A DNA stretch of 54,911 nucleotides, filler included, from Catajapyx aquilonaris (GCA_000934665.2; 2 parts of 2 records of this genome joined end to end with filler, not necessarily neighbours in it); one strand, 5' to 3'. Counted from the whole stretch's first letter, positions 12,983-25,093 are shown. The notes: generated by a model from the sequence alone, not told the origin. Program-made: numbers and translations.

Positions 12983-13202
12983 ATAAGGTGAAGTGGGGGA
13001 AGTGCATACACGGGGTAAGTGCATATATTGTGCCGCCATATTGGAAAGAAAATGGCTGACGACACCAAGACGCGGGGGATGTTATGTGCAGCTACACAAA
13101 GAGTGCCTGACGGGTTTTGGTGTCGTCAGCCATTTTCATTCCAATATGGCGGCACAATATATGCACTTACCCCGTGTATGCACTTCCCGCACTTCACCTT
13201 AT
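12983..13202. mobile_element. Palindromic MITE
   Basis: AAGGTGAAGTGGGGGAAGTGCATACACGGGGTAAG ... CTTACCCCGTGTATGCACTTCCCGCACTTCACCTT, ~85-bp arms. Confidence 0.85.
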
Positions 13203-13519
13203 CAAATTATGAGATGGTCGAGCCACCAACTTGTCTGTCTTGGCATGGAATGACCCAACTATTATTATTATTTTGCTGCAATTGACTACTACTTTGCACA
13301 TCATCATTATCAGGATCGGACTCTGAATCTTAGGTAGCCTACTCTCATCCACATTGGCGTCATCAGGCAAAAGCTCAGTATTTAAGCCCGACTCGTGAGA
13401 CACAGCTGCTCGCAGCTGCAACCTACGCGCTGCCGTATTCTATTTGAAGATGGAGGGTTAGGGCGGTTTTGCTGCAGAAAAGGCATTCATAACCTTGCCG
13501 CAATAAAAACATTGTTTGA

Positions 13520-15192
13520 TTTCTCACCGACAAATGGCAGAAACTGGACAATCTAAGTGTATTTACGCGGACGACATTATCCTTCTTGCTGATAACCCCC
13601 TCTATCTCCAGCAAAACCTTTGAATTATGCAGCAATTTTTTCACGAGAACCTGCTAAATTTAAACACCAAAAAACCAATGTGATGTGTTTTAAAAGAGCC
13701 GGCAAACGCCCAGGCATAACTTTCTACTGGGAGGCAACACATATTCTTTGGTCAAATTCTTATACCTACCTGGGGGGTTCCCTTCTCTGCCAGCGGAAAT
13801 TTTGCCATTGCTAGTAATTACTTCAAATCCAAAGCAATAGTAGCAATTAACAGCCTTTGGCCAGCCTTGATGAATTTAAAGCTCCGTGATATTCAGGTTG
13901 CTCTCAAACTATTCCATGCTCAGGTAGTCCCTGTTCATTTTTATAGCGCCCAAGTTTGGGGGGTATCTAAAGTTAATGTTCTCAATCAAGTGCAAAATTT
14001 CCCCCCCCCCCCCCAAAAAAAAATAATCCTCCTTCTTCCTAGTAATACTGCTAATAATTTTTTTAACATATGGAAACCAGATTCCGCCCTTTATCATATA
14101 GATATTTTGGCCTTCTTTGTCGTTTTATAATCAAAATGAAAAACTTACCAGAAGACAGGCTGTTGAAAATTGCTTACCTTACTGTTCTGCGTAACGCGAA
14201 CTCTACCACTTCTAAAAAAATAATTGGGTTACGCAAGCAAGGGTGTACTCTAGGTGACGTTGCACAGTGCTCCAGAATATTCAAATACCCGGACATAAAT
14301 AGATTCTTAAACTTTGTAATGCAATGCCATTATTTGGTCCAACATATTCTTAGATAATGTCTTCATGCTGTGTAGTACATAATTTGACCCATATGTATTC
14401 ATAGAGGTGTGCGGAGTCCCAAAGTTAATGGAAATTTTGCTTCAATTAAATAGTACATTTTCCGCCAGAATTGAAACGTTCATCATCAATATATTATATG
14501 AGGAATAAATATCAGATACTGTCATACCATATGAAGTCGCATATCAAGTAGTGCGTTGGTGACTGGGACGCATTGGACTACACATTGCCATATAGTTTGA
14601 AACATTACTCTGACTTCCTAGATGCAAGAAGCCCCCAGGCTTTATCTTCCTCCTCCACATGTTCCTTTTTTCGGTATGTAACCTCATTTCCAGACCCCTC
14701 ACCCTACTTGTCGTTATTGACCCCAATTAAAATAACCAGATTAGTGGCAAACCCGCTTAGGCATCTATCACCCAGGCTTCCTTTAATGGCTCGTGTCAGC
14801 ACTCTTGACAACGAAAACGACTGCACTTGGTGTAATCTAAATGAACCCTACTCTCTCTATCACATACTTTACAACTGGCCTTCTTATTTTATATGCCCAA
14901 CTATCCTCCAGACTTTCACTCTCATCAGAAGAAGCCTTTTTACTCCATATATTTTTTTAAAAAAGTTGCTAAAATGATTGAACTGTGCAATTGAAAACAT
15001 AACAACCCCCCCCCCCCTGCATGAATTATCAATGTGTTTTTTGACAAATGTTTTTGATCCATCTTTACTTCTTTTTTTTATGGTTAGCCCTGGCCATGTT
15101 ATTGTACCCATATAACGGGTGTCTGATGTCCCTCTAAAAGGGCTCCGCCCTATCATGGGGTCAAATAAATAAATAAATAAATAAATAAATAA
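13520..15192 (+). pseudogene. Degraded 5'-truncated non-LTR retrotransposon (RT C-terminal part)
   Basis: IYADDIILLA at 13561, NTKKTNVMCF and YTYLG motifs, C-terminal CTWCNLNEPYSLYHIL, (TAAA)n tail 15164-15192; many stops and frameshifts. Confidence 0.85.
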
Positions 15193-15264
15193 CCTTGTAT
15201 GTTGGTAAGCAAGGTCTGCCAAGAGCATAAGAAGAGTGACATAGAGCTGAGTGACCAACCTTAA

Positions 15265-15761
15265 AGGGACACTCCACTCAAAATGCAAGTTGGACTCTAA
15301 AAATCGGGCAAAAAATCCTGATTCCGAAGGTGCAATCGGTTTTTTTCTACGCGGAACAGAAAAGCCAGGACGAGGCGTTAAAGACTCAGAATTTGCGTCG
15401 TCTGCTAATGAGCTGCCCCGCCAGCCCAGTCCGCCACCGCCGTGAGCGCCGCCACTGGGCGCTAGGCGAAAGTGTTTAAATACTGAAAGTCGGGTCGGGT
15501 CAAGAGGTGGCGGGATAAACCTGTGGGACGGACCAAAGATGGCGCGGACCATGGCGTGGATCAAGATGGCGCAGGAATATGCCAATTTCTGCCCAGTCCC
15601 GGGAGAGGCGCTGCTGTTTTGCGGCAGATTCGAATTGCCTAACTTTGTCGGCTCGCCCTGACCTTACCGTTCGTCTCTCAGAAAAACTGCTTATACACTC
15701 GGAATCAGGATTTCTTGCCCGATTTTTAGAGTCCAACTTGCATTTTGAGTGGAGTGTCCCT
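15265..15761. mobile_element. Kolobok-like MITE (related copy 32768-33536)
   Basis: TTAA|AGGGACACTCCACTCAAAATGCAAGTTGG ... CCAACTTGCATTTTGAGTGGAGTGTCCCT|TTAA. Confidence 0.85.
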
Positions 15762-16374
15762 TTAATGTGGGCGTACACGTTTTCATGTTTAAATATACCG
15801 TATTCAGTCAGCGAGTAAATACGTACACATTTCCTTGAGGGTTATTAGTGTATTTCAATTTAATGTGCATGATTTTAAAAGGTTAGGTTTCTAAAGGTTG
15901 CCCATTATTGCACTCCAAGTAGGCTAAGTCATTTTTGCACGCCAGACTTTCATCTGGAGTGCAAACTTTGCACCGGCCTGGACAAAATTTTTATGATTCG
16001 ACTCCTATAGCATTAGATTAATAAACTTCCTACAGTATCCATAAAAGTACAACAGAATGAGGCGTTTCCACATGTCGATCAATCGGTGAGAGACAACGGC
16101 GGGTGAAAAAAATATTCATATTATAGGATCACATAAAATGTCCTTTAATAGACTATTGCATCTTCCTCCTCCCCATCATGTTTTATATCGTAAAAATAGA
16201 GAACCCATATGCACAACACTCCTATACAAGTTGCATTTCAGTCATCAGTCATGTGTTCTCATCCGTCCCATCACCACTGGGACATATCACCATTTTTGTT
16301 GCCATCCGATTGCGGTCGCGTGGAGTCAGTCCAGTGTGACGTTCATTTATAAGGTAGGTCTATATATGTTACTA

Positions 16375-16469
16375 CTACTTTTTCTTGTTCTTCTGCTTCT
16401 TCATCTTCTTCTCTTCCCTTTTTCTCTCCTTCTCCCGCAGGTTCTTGATAAGTTTGTATGAGAAGTATC
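16375..16469 (-). CDS. Exon 2 (last) of an 81-aa single-pass membrane protein: (G)YFSYKLIKNLREKERKREEKKMKKQKNKKK*
   Basis: Acceptor ATTCTTTTTGCAG, phase 1 matching exon 1, stop TAG TAG TAA, ATTAAA downstream (16149-16144). Confidence 0.88.
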
Positions 16470-16785
16470 CTGCAAAAAGAATAATCCACTAAAGTCATGG
16501 TTGAAATCGCATATTGTGTGGGATATCTTTTACAGCTCGTACGATTGCAACATCAGTTCCTGTAATGATAGTGGGATCGTTTAAAAGGTCCTCTGCGTGA
16601 TGTATTTTGTGCATGTGTACAATCGGAGTAGCCCCAATCAGCTAAAAATATATAACGCCTTATGAATGCCTGTACTATATTCCAATTTATATGGCTATGG
16701 GGTGTTTATTACTAGTAGGTCCAACGGCAGTCAGCAACGGCAGTCAGCAAAACAAGTCAAAAATGTAGCCCTGAGAAATGTCGAA

Positions 16786-17372
16786 GGACCAACTGGTTAC
16801 GTGGTAGACGACCAGAAACACTGGGCTGCCCACAAACACACGCGGCTACACACACCGCACCTCTTTATAGGAAGATTCCCTGACAGAATGATGGACCCAC
16901 TCACCTTACAATAGTTGCCTAGGGAGCAGGATATGAGACGATAATATTATTATTATTATGACTGCGGAAGAGGCCGTCCCGCAAAATAGCATCCTGCTCC
17001 CTAGGCAACTATTGGAGCTGAGCGGTTCCTCCTATACCAGGGAATCTCCCTACAAAGAGGCGTCGCGTCGTGTGTGTTTCCGCATGTGTCTAGGACTCCA
17101 GGGGCAGACCAGTGTATTGGGATTTGGGATCTCTTTAGTTATCGCTAATATAGTCCAATGTTGTTACTTCTGTCTCTGTGTAGCTTTTTCGCCCCCACGG
17201 CCCCACTGAGGTGCTCAATTACACCACCAGCTGCTGGACCACACTTGGGAATAACATGCGCAAAAAGCTACACAAACTATCAGCTTGAGGCGATATTAGC
17301 GATAACTACAAGGATCGACAAGGACCCAAACATTGGAACAGAATATATATAAGTTTGACGACATAACTACCT

Positions 17373-17435
<63 letters not shown>
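16786..17435. repeat. Cluster of short (TAA)n-tailed repeats in alternating orientation inside the small gene's intron (another copy ~35927-36080)
   Basis: CAATAGTTGCCTAGGGAGCAGGA on + at ~16909 and inverted at ~16990. TAGTTATCGCTAATAT / ATATTAGCGATAACTA form an inverted pair; (AAT)n at 17374-17435. Confidence 0.6.
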
Positions 17436-17436
<1 letters not shown>

Positions 17437-18338
17437 ATCCGTGCGAGAGAAAAAAATTCTGTATAAGGGGACGTACATGCTGAAATTGTATTGGCGCCAT
17501 TTTAAAACTGTACTGTTCCCGGTGCGCACTGCAGCAAAATTCCGAAACTTCGGTTTTGATTTTATGAACTCTTAGGTTCGCATTATTTTTATCAAGAAAT
17601 ACCCAGGAAGCCGAGGCACCACGCACATCACTGACGCACTTAATATGGAATGAGCCACGTTAAAATTACTATAAATACCAAGGGGTTAACCACTCGACTG
17701 TAAAGTGTACACTGGAGTACCAAAATTCAGGAGTACCTGGGAGTACCACTGCAGGTGTACAGTACACCGGAGTACCGAATGGTTAACCACTTGATAAATA
17801 CTGTATATCCACCAGAACTGTAACATTCACCCGGAACAACCTGCTTGTGATCCGGCGTTTGTCGGCCTCTCTTTTCAAAAATATTGCACAAAATAATCCT
17901 GCCCATTTTAAAAAGTTGCCCATGATTGTGAATCAGGCCACGAACAAACTCAGCTCATGCGTCAAGAGTAGAAAGCTGCAAACAAGATGCTATCCTAAGT
18001 TTAATATTGCATGTTTGCCAAATATATACTGTCCTTAGCTGTAAACAATATTTTCACGCAGGACTGAGACTGAACGACTTTATACAATATGAATTATACG
18101 CAAAGTCTGGATACAATAGTCATTAATTACTATCAAAAGATGATGAACCTTAACACGACTGCTGACATGAAAATGTGAAGCGAACATTAAGTTGCCATTG
18201 CAATACTGCTTTGAATAATGACGTGCATTTTCAAATGATACCGTATATCTGCAGGAGTTAGGGTTAGCCTCTATGAGTGGAAAATAATTAGCAAGAATTG
18301 TTGGTGAAGCCTTAACTGTGATTAGTGAGAGTAGATAC

Positions 18339-18489
18339 CTATGACCGAAGCGACGAGCAAGAAGGCCAAGAAGAAAAGTGGCCAACTGATGCTGGTTTGG
18401 GGTTTGAGGAAGGATTCCTTAAGTGTCTTCATCTGGTCTAGCACCTCCTCAGGGATTTCTCCCGTGGTGGGCTCATCCTCTGCGGCCAT
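18339..18489 (-). CDS. Exon 1 of the 81-aa membrane protein: MAAEDEPTTGEIPEEVLDQMKTLKESFLKPQTSISWPLFFLAFLLVASVI(G)
   Basis: Kozak context GCAGCCATGG, donor AG|GTATCT, hydrophobic segment continues into exon 2; 151+95=246 nt. Confidence 0.88.
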
Positions 18490-18830
18490 GGCTGCTGGTG
18501 CTACTACTGCTCTGAAGATGGAACAGCTGAGTGATTAGAACAGGACCAGCCAGCCAGCCAGCCAGCCAGCCAGTTCCGTTCCAACGCAACCCAGGTTGCC
18601 ACGTATTAGATGCCACATGGGCTTCTGAGCGCAGTTTATCTCCACTTTCCTTATCGGTTTATCTCGTAGTCACTACGTAGTAGGCAGCCTCACTCGGCCA
18701 GCTCTCTTGCTCGACCTCACTCACTCACTCACTACACTACACTACACTACACTACTTCTCTATACTAATGGCTGAAAGGAGAGAAAGTGGATGATGGGGA
18801 TAGGTTTTGCATCAGTGATTGCTGGGGAGG

Positions 18831-18892
<62 letters not shown>

Positions 18893-19684
18893 AACACCAC
18901 ATACCGTACTGTTATTTGCTGGGCTAGAACCAGGGAGTATGTCACCCATTATTTTTATTTATAGCGCTGTCATGCCTGGACACAATAGTACCGGTATTTC
19001 AGTCCTAATATAGGCCTACATGTGAAAACGAGCATGACCTACATGAGCTACTCCTCCAGGTGAAAAACTCACTCCGTTGGTTCGCCTTCTCTTTAATACG
19101 ACTTATTGCTGCTACAGTCATGTGCACCGGTGAAAGTCGGTCGCGATATGATCTCTTCCAGTGGCGTAATGTAGTCCTTGACGCCTACTTTCTGATGGTC
19201 ATGTCAGTTTTCTGCTAGACAAATAATAATATTACTAACAGTCCCGTCTGTACAGTTGTACAGTCTGTATAGTTTCGATATTTCTAACCCCTATATTTTT
19301 GACTTGCTTTGAGCCAACGAGTATGCCTACCATCAAACCGCTACCGCCACGGTAGCGGTTTGATCTGAAATTCACACTCACCCTCCTGTATAGTGCATGA
19401 TTGTGGCGAAGGTTATCAAGGAAGTGGACAAATTCCAGTTATGCAAACGACCTTGCTGTAGTTATGTCATCACCCTTCACTTGATATATCCCCTCTACCT
19501 ATTACTGTAGATTAGGGTGGAGCGAAAAAAACCAAAGTTGTCCGATTAAATCGCACGGGGTGTCAAAAGTTGTGTATTGACTAACAAGTATAGCACTGGT
19601 GAATTTTCAAATAATTTTCATACTTCTTCATTCCCCGCAAGAACCTTCAAGTTTCTCCATTATTGCGAGAAGAACACATGGCCA

Positions 19685-20649
19685 AAGAACGGATTTCTAG
19701 GCTCTAAAAACCCCGTAAATAGGTAGGCGTTTAGGTCCTGAAAACAGTTAAAATAGGCTCTTAAATAGGCACTATAAGTCAAGCAGGTCCTAATTTATTT
19801 TCAGTCCCATGCAACCTACACTCTTGGCCATGTAATTTTGCAACACCGTAAAAAATTAGCAGTTGTTCCACGTTTTAGTATTTTTATTATTATATGTCGG
19901 AGATGTGGCAGTACGACTTTATACGCTGAAAAATGACCTTTCACAAATCAACTGGATCTGAAACTGGATCATGAAACTGGATCTTGAAAAGTTAAATGTC
20001 TTGTACAGACAGTTCATCCAGCATGTTTATAGCTACAGATTCTTCGCTATTCACAGGTTGAAGCGGGAGGGATGACTTGAACGGAAAACAAGTAAAAACT
20101 GCCGAAAATATTACGAAATGGCGTCGAAAAGGCGTAAATAGGTGAAAATAGACGCTAATATGGGAGGCGGAGTGGTGCTGCGGTAACGCACGCGCCCCGG
20201 GTTCGATCCCAGCCCGGGGTTCCCCCTTCATCTCGTGCAGAGTTGGGCCATCTCTGGCTTCGTCTCGGGTGGAAATTTCCGCTAGACTAATCCACCCGGG
20301 GGAGTTCACAAAATGACCAATATACGACATTGCACTTGCACTTTGCATATCCCCTCCTACTTACCCTTGGAACAATTAAAACAGACACAATATGTACAGT
20401 TCCAAACATGGTGGTAGTCCACTCCCCTAACAAGGGCCCAGGGCCCGATAATGGGGTACAGTAAAAATAAAAAAATAAAAGAAAGACGCTAATAGGCAAC
20501 TTTGGTCCCAACGTCCGAAATAGGCAATTTTAGGTTTTATAAAACTAAGATTTTTGAGGTCCTTGTGTTATGAAACGGATAGATATTTTGGTTCCGGTGG
20601 GCTGCCTATACAAAAGAAAAAGTAGGTAAAAACCTAGAAATCTGTTCTT
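19685..20649. mobile_element. MITE hosting a SINE
   Basis: TIR AAGAACGGATTTCTAGG / CCTAGAAATCTGTTCTT; subterminal AAATAGGC repeats. Confidence 0.7.
20162..20483 (+). mobile_element. tRNA-derived SINE, family 1, tail type A
   Basis: A box TGGTGCTGCGG, B box GGTTCGATCC, shared core, A-rich tail, TSD AGACGCTAATA (20150-20160/20484-20494). Confidence 0.9.
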
Positions 20650-21311
20650 CGCATATTATGACACTATGCAACTCGATTTGTGTCCATGGAAATTCGTCGA
20701 CATTTCCATGTTCCTTACGTCACTGGTAACTCGTAATTACCATTCATTTTGTCTGAAAGTTGTTTTTGACCTCGGGGGAGTCAGAAAACAAAATCCCTCG
20801 AAATATACTGTATATAGGGGGTCATTCCGAATCAAGTAGGTCGTAATGTTGCTAGAACAACTAGGATTTTGCTGGAAAATATCACTGTACGTGACTATGC
20901 CATAACGCTGAATATCAAGTTTCAGCCATAATGCGCAATCCCGTGTGGAGGGAAAAAATCGAGACATTTTGAAAATTGCTGGTAGTGAAACCTTTTGTGG
21001 AGAATTTTTTCCAGATTTTTTCGGTTAGTCAAAGTGGTTAGAATCCAACGAACATACAGGGTGTGTCAGAGTAACGGGTCAAGCGCGCAAGAGGGGATGG
21101 AGAAAAATCGTGGGGGGCGATAACCCCGGTCGGTTTTATAAAACAATCAGTAATAAGGTAGTAGGCGCGATTTTTTATTACGGCATGACGTCACATCCTT
21201 TATGTTTGAATTGAACGGCGGGTGCAGTGTGGGTTGCACTAAACAAGGAGCTCTCATGCTACCCGCGCAAAGCAAACTGTTAGTAGTTAGTGTACAATAC
21301 TGTGAAGTACT

Positions 21312-21574
21312 GGGGCGACACGGTGGCCGAGCGGTTAGCGCCGCAGCCTTCCACCTCTAAGGTCCCGAGTTCGATCCCCGGGTCGGACGGAGGATACTTA
21401 TGTGGATAGAGTTTCGATGGGTTCTCTCCGTGTTCGCGTGGGTTTTCTCGGGGTTCTCCCGTTTCCTCCCACTATCAAAATCCATCACATTACAGGCAAA
21501 TGATTAAAGTCGGGTTTTCAAAAGATGATCCCCTAAAAGGCCCAAGGGGCCTATCACGGGGTATCCATTATTAT
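21312..21574 (+). mobile_element. tRNA-derived SINE with V-domain-like core
   Basis: A box TGGCCGAGCGG, B box GTTCGATCC, core GTTCTCTCCGTGTTCGCGTGGGTTTTCTCGGGGTTCTCCCGTTTCCTCCCAC, (ATT)n tail, 14-bp TSD TACTGTGAAGTACT. Confidence 0.9.
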
Positions 21575-22070
21575 TACTGTGAAGTACTGTATCGCACATC
21601 ATGACAGGTGCCCCTCGTAGGCCTACCGCATGGCAATGGAGGAAGACGTTCTGGATATGGTAGCCATGAACCCATCGATCAGCACCTGTCATGATGTGCG
21701 ATGTAGTACTTCACAGTGTGTGGAGGATCATCATTGACGAAGGGCTGTACCCGTACGTCGTACCTTGTGCATAAGGTGCACGACATTCTTCCTACAGACT
21801 CCGCTCCGCGGGTGGAGTTCAGTCGCTGGTATCGGCAACGATGCGAGGCGGAAACAAGTTGTTACTTCGCCGAACGGGTGCTGTGGACAAATGAGGCATG
21901 TTTCACACATGACGTCCACACTTGCAGAAACGCTCATGTGTGGGCGTATGTGCTTGACAATTGACAATTGACATGCCTATGGGGTGGTATGGGCGCGTAG
22001 TAATCTGTCGGAAGAATGTCGTGCACCTTTGCACACGGTACGGCGTACGGGTACAGCCCTTCGTCATGGA

Positions 22071-23513
22071 CAAAGGTTAAGAAGGTCAGTACGGACCTGT
22101 TATCTGCCCTTCGCCCTTTCCTTTTGGCGGCCACCAGGTCTTACAGAACCACGCCCAGTCATTTGCTTTGTGTCCTTACTGGCACCCTGCCTCCAGCACT
22201 TCAGGCCAATGCCATTTGGGAGGCCCGTAGGACATCTCAAGCCGAAGCTGCACGGGGACTTGTGAGACTACCAGTTCCTATGAAGGACTCTCCTCCACCA
22301 TGGAGATGGGTGAGGCCCAACATCTGTACCTGGGAAGGGGCGCCTGCTGCAGTAGATCTTCTACTGTTCACGGACGGCTCGGTCATGAGGAGGGGAGTTG
22401 GAGGCGCTGTGGTGGTCATGGATGGCGAGGAGCAGGTCATCAACTACGAGAACACCCCTTTTACTGCATCAATCGGGATCTTTGACGTAGAGCTTGCCAT
22501 GATTGTTAGGGCCCTGGAGATTGCCATCTCTTCTGCACCGAGGAATTCGGTTTGGGTGATCTCTGATTCTATGTCGGCGCTTCAATCAGTGGTGAACCCC
22601 CGATCCTCTCACGGACTATAGTCCAATATGCACAGAGACTCTTGAGAGAAGCTAGCCAGGACATTAGTCTCCATTGGGTTAAAGCGCACCAGGGGACCCT
22701 AGGCAACGAACTGGACGATCAGGAGGCCAAGAAGGCCACGTTGCTTTCGGTGGGTCGCCGTTTCCTGCCGGAATCATCCCGGAGTATTCGTCGCCGTGAA
22801 TTCCGTACGGCGTTGGAAACCTGGCAACAGGGATGGGAGCGTTGTCGGAACGAGTGGTATTTTGGCTTCTTCCCGGCCGTATCCATCAACAGACACATAC
22901 ACGGCCACCTTGCCAGAATCATCTCAGGTCACGGGCCCTATAGAGCATATCTGCGTCGCTTTCACCTTGGAGAGTACAAGGAGAGTGGAGTTGACGAGGA
23001 GGAGGGGGACAGTGTGATTGCAGACCGCTGTCCGTGCAACGGAGGGGTGCAGTCTGCGAGGCACATCATTTGGGACTGTTCTCTTCCAGAGGTGACAGGG
23101 GCCCGACGGGATTTGCGTCGAACTTCGGTGTCCAAGGGGTTTGGCTGGCCCTGTTCCAGAGATGCGCTCGTTTCGGATCAGCTGCTCCCTACCTTCAACC
23201 AATTCTATGCCTGGTGGTGGATCACTTATTATCGCAGATGAATGCTGGTAGGGGTCGGAGACGACAACAGTATGAAGAGCATGATTCCTCCTGAACAGAA
23301 GAAGACGTACAGAAGAAGACGGACAGAAGAAGACGGACAGAAGAAGACGGCCTGGTGAGTGGTGAGCCTGCTGTTGTTAATTGTTGATTAATGTTGATTT
23401 GTTTTATGACCTATATGGCTTTATGTATGTTGAGGAGATTTGTTCATTTGAATAAATAGCGGGAAACGGGCTGTAGGACTTGAAAAGGTTAGGACAGCCC
23501 TCATCCCCTTTTC
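22071..23513 (+). mobile_element. 5'-truncated R1/LOA-like LINE with RNase H and CCHC knuckle (one frameshift near 22615)
   Basis: SYRTTP..VLTGTLP, RNase H motifs FTDGS / ELAMI / SDSMSAL / WVKAHQGTLGNE, CPC..HIIWDC. 14-bp tandem repeat in the 3' UTR, AATAAA at 23451, 17-bp TSD CAGCCCTTCGTCATGGA (22054-22070/23514-23530). Confidence 0.93.
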
Positions 23514-23836
23514 CAGCCCTTCGTCATGGATGATCCTCCACACACTGTAAAGTACTGTATCGCACATCATGACAGGTGCTGATCAATGGGTCCATGGCTA
23601 GCATGTCTAGAACGTCTTCCTTCATTGCCATGCGGTACGAGAGGCACCTGTCATGATGTGCGATACAGTAGCCTACTCTTTACAGAACTGTACAGTGTAC
23701 ACTAACAGTTTGCTTTGCGAGGGTAGCATGAGACGCATTATTCAGTGCAACACACACGGCACCCGCCGTTCAATTCAAACAGAAAGGATGTGACGTCGTG
23801 CCATAATAAAAAATCGCCTACTACCATATTACTGAC

Positions 23837-23864
23837 TTGCAGGTTACCCGGCGTTGCCCGGGTA
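23837..23864 (-). mobile_element. Helitron-like 3' terminus truncating the Tc1 fold-back
   Basis: Reverse complement ACCCGGGCAACGCCGGGTAACCTGCAAG: a GC hairpin followed by a CTAG-like end. Confidence 0.5.
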
Positions 23865-24541
23865 TGTTGGGGTGCTGGTTGAGGTAGGGGTACGTATATT
23901 TTAGGAAGTTTGTTTGTTTGTAAATTTCCCTTCCATACACTCGAATCTCGATATGCCTTAAAATAGGCCGTATAAGTTACAATAAGCCAAAGTTTGTCAC
24001 TACCTGCTTCGGTTATAGCGTAGTCGACGCAGATGTGCTGATTGCATGTGTAAAAAGAGGAATGCGGTTAGACGAGTTGGCCCAGGAAAAGACTGTAAAG
24101 CTGTGTGTTTTTTCCAGAATTTTTGACCCCTTGACTCCCCAACCCCACCTATCACCCCCACCTCGTTCCATATGTTTGCCCTGAAGAACTTTAGAAATTG
24201 GCGGATGCGGTGAATTTACGGCGATGGGACGTGTAAGAAAGAGAGGCGCAAGATATAGATGCAATAAATGCTGGGTGGCAGGAAATCGATGCAAATGCAA
24301 ACCCCTGATTTAATTTGCTAGGTATTGTTGCCCAATGGCATCACCATGGGATTGGGAAATTGGAGAAAGAGCAATAATTGAGGAACTGTCTGCAATAAGT
24401 GGGTATCTCCATAAACCTATGTGAAACCAGCTAGTTTAGATATTTAAAATCCAGGGTGTTTCACTAGGTAGTCATCTCAAAGAATCGACGATATTTTTCT
24501 TACCACTATACTTGAAATAATTATGATGTTTGGTTTAAAAG

Positions 24542-25093
24542 TTACCTTAGTTCATTGGAATATAGAACTATTCGCAATAAATGCTGTACATGACCTCAAC
24601 AATCTCCATACTCACTCGAACGCGACTCTACCCAACCCTCCTTATTATCGAATCAATATCCTCCGCAGCATATCCTCATAAATGGTCCGGATTGCTGCAC
24701 TTATGTTGCTTTCCAAGTCTCCAAACCTCGAGGCTCACTGTTGCAAGCACAACTCTTCAAATATCCCCATTCTCCGTTCTTTTGACAGGTGGAAACAGGA
24801 TATCCGGTTTCTTGTGACAAAATCGTGGTGACTTTTTCGCTCATTCCAGCAGCCTGCGTGTGCTTCACTTTTTCGATTTTTTCTTTATCTAAAGGAAGTC
24901 ATCTATCACTGTATTGGTCCAAAACACTTGGTGCAGCAATCCTTACTATTAATGTCGATGTGCTGCGAAGGGCCTTCGATAATAAGGATCGTCTCGTCGA
25001 GTCGCGTTCGAGTGCGTGTGGAGATGGTTGAAAGACAGTCAATAAGTGCAGCATTTATTGAGACTGGTACTACATTCCCATGAACTAAGGTAA
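24542..25093. mobile_element. Old fold-back element/MITE
   Basis: TTACCTTAGTTCAT..CACTCGAACGCGACTC..CCTTATTATCGAA mirrored at 24975-25093. Confidence 0.7.

Larger units (their letters stand above)
21057..23836. mobile_element. Tc1/Tc3-like fold-back derivative (duplicated 5' end) carrying a SINE and a LINE
   Basis: TA|CAGGGTG start and transposase remnant VWRIIIDEGLYPY...VLWTNEACFTHDVHTCRNAHVWA. 21148-21800 is mirrored by 22003-22070 plus 23514-23836. Confidence 0.85.

Noticed and set aside
14884..15585. 233-aa minus-strand ORF
   Set aside because: Runs through a Kolobok-like MITE and the antisense LINE tail; no coherent protein
16138..16461. 107-aa Leu-rich + strand ORF and apparent strong acceptor at 16440
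   Set aside because: Antisense shadow of the Lys/Glu-rich exon of the minus-strand gene
18768..18890. ATG GCT GAA... divergent from the small gene, followed by (GA)n
   Set aside because: Stops after 8 codons; the poly-ER and poly-SL ORFs here, at 43570 and at 52620 are microsatellite translations
21312..21390. tRNA-like sequences (also 20162, 43460, 46492)
   Set aside because: They are SINE heads with body, tail and TSDs; no intact cloverleaf
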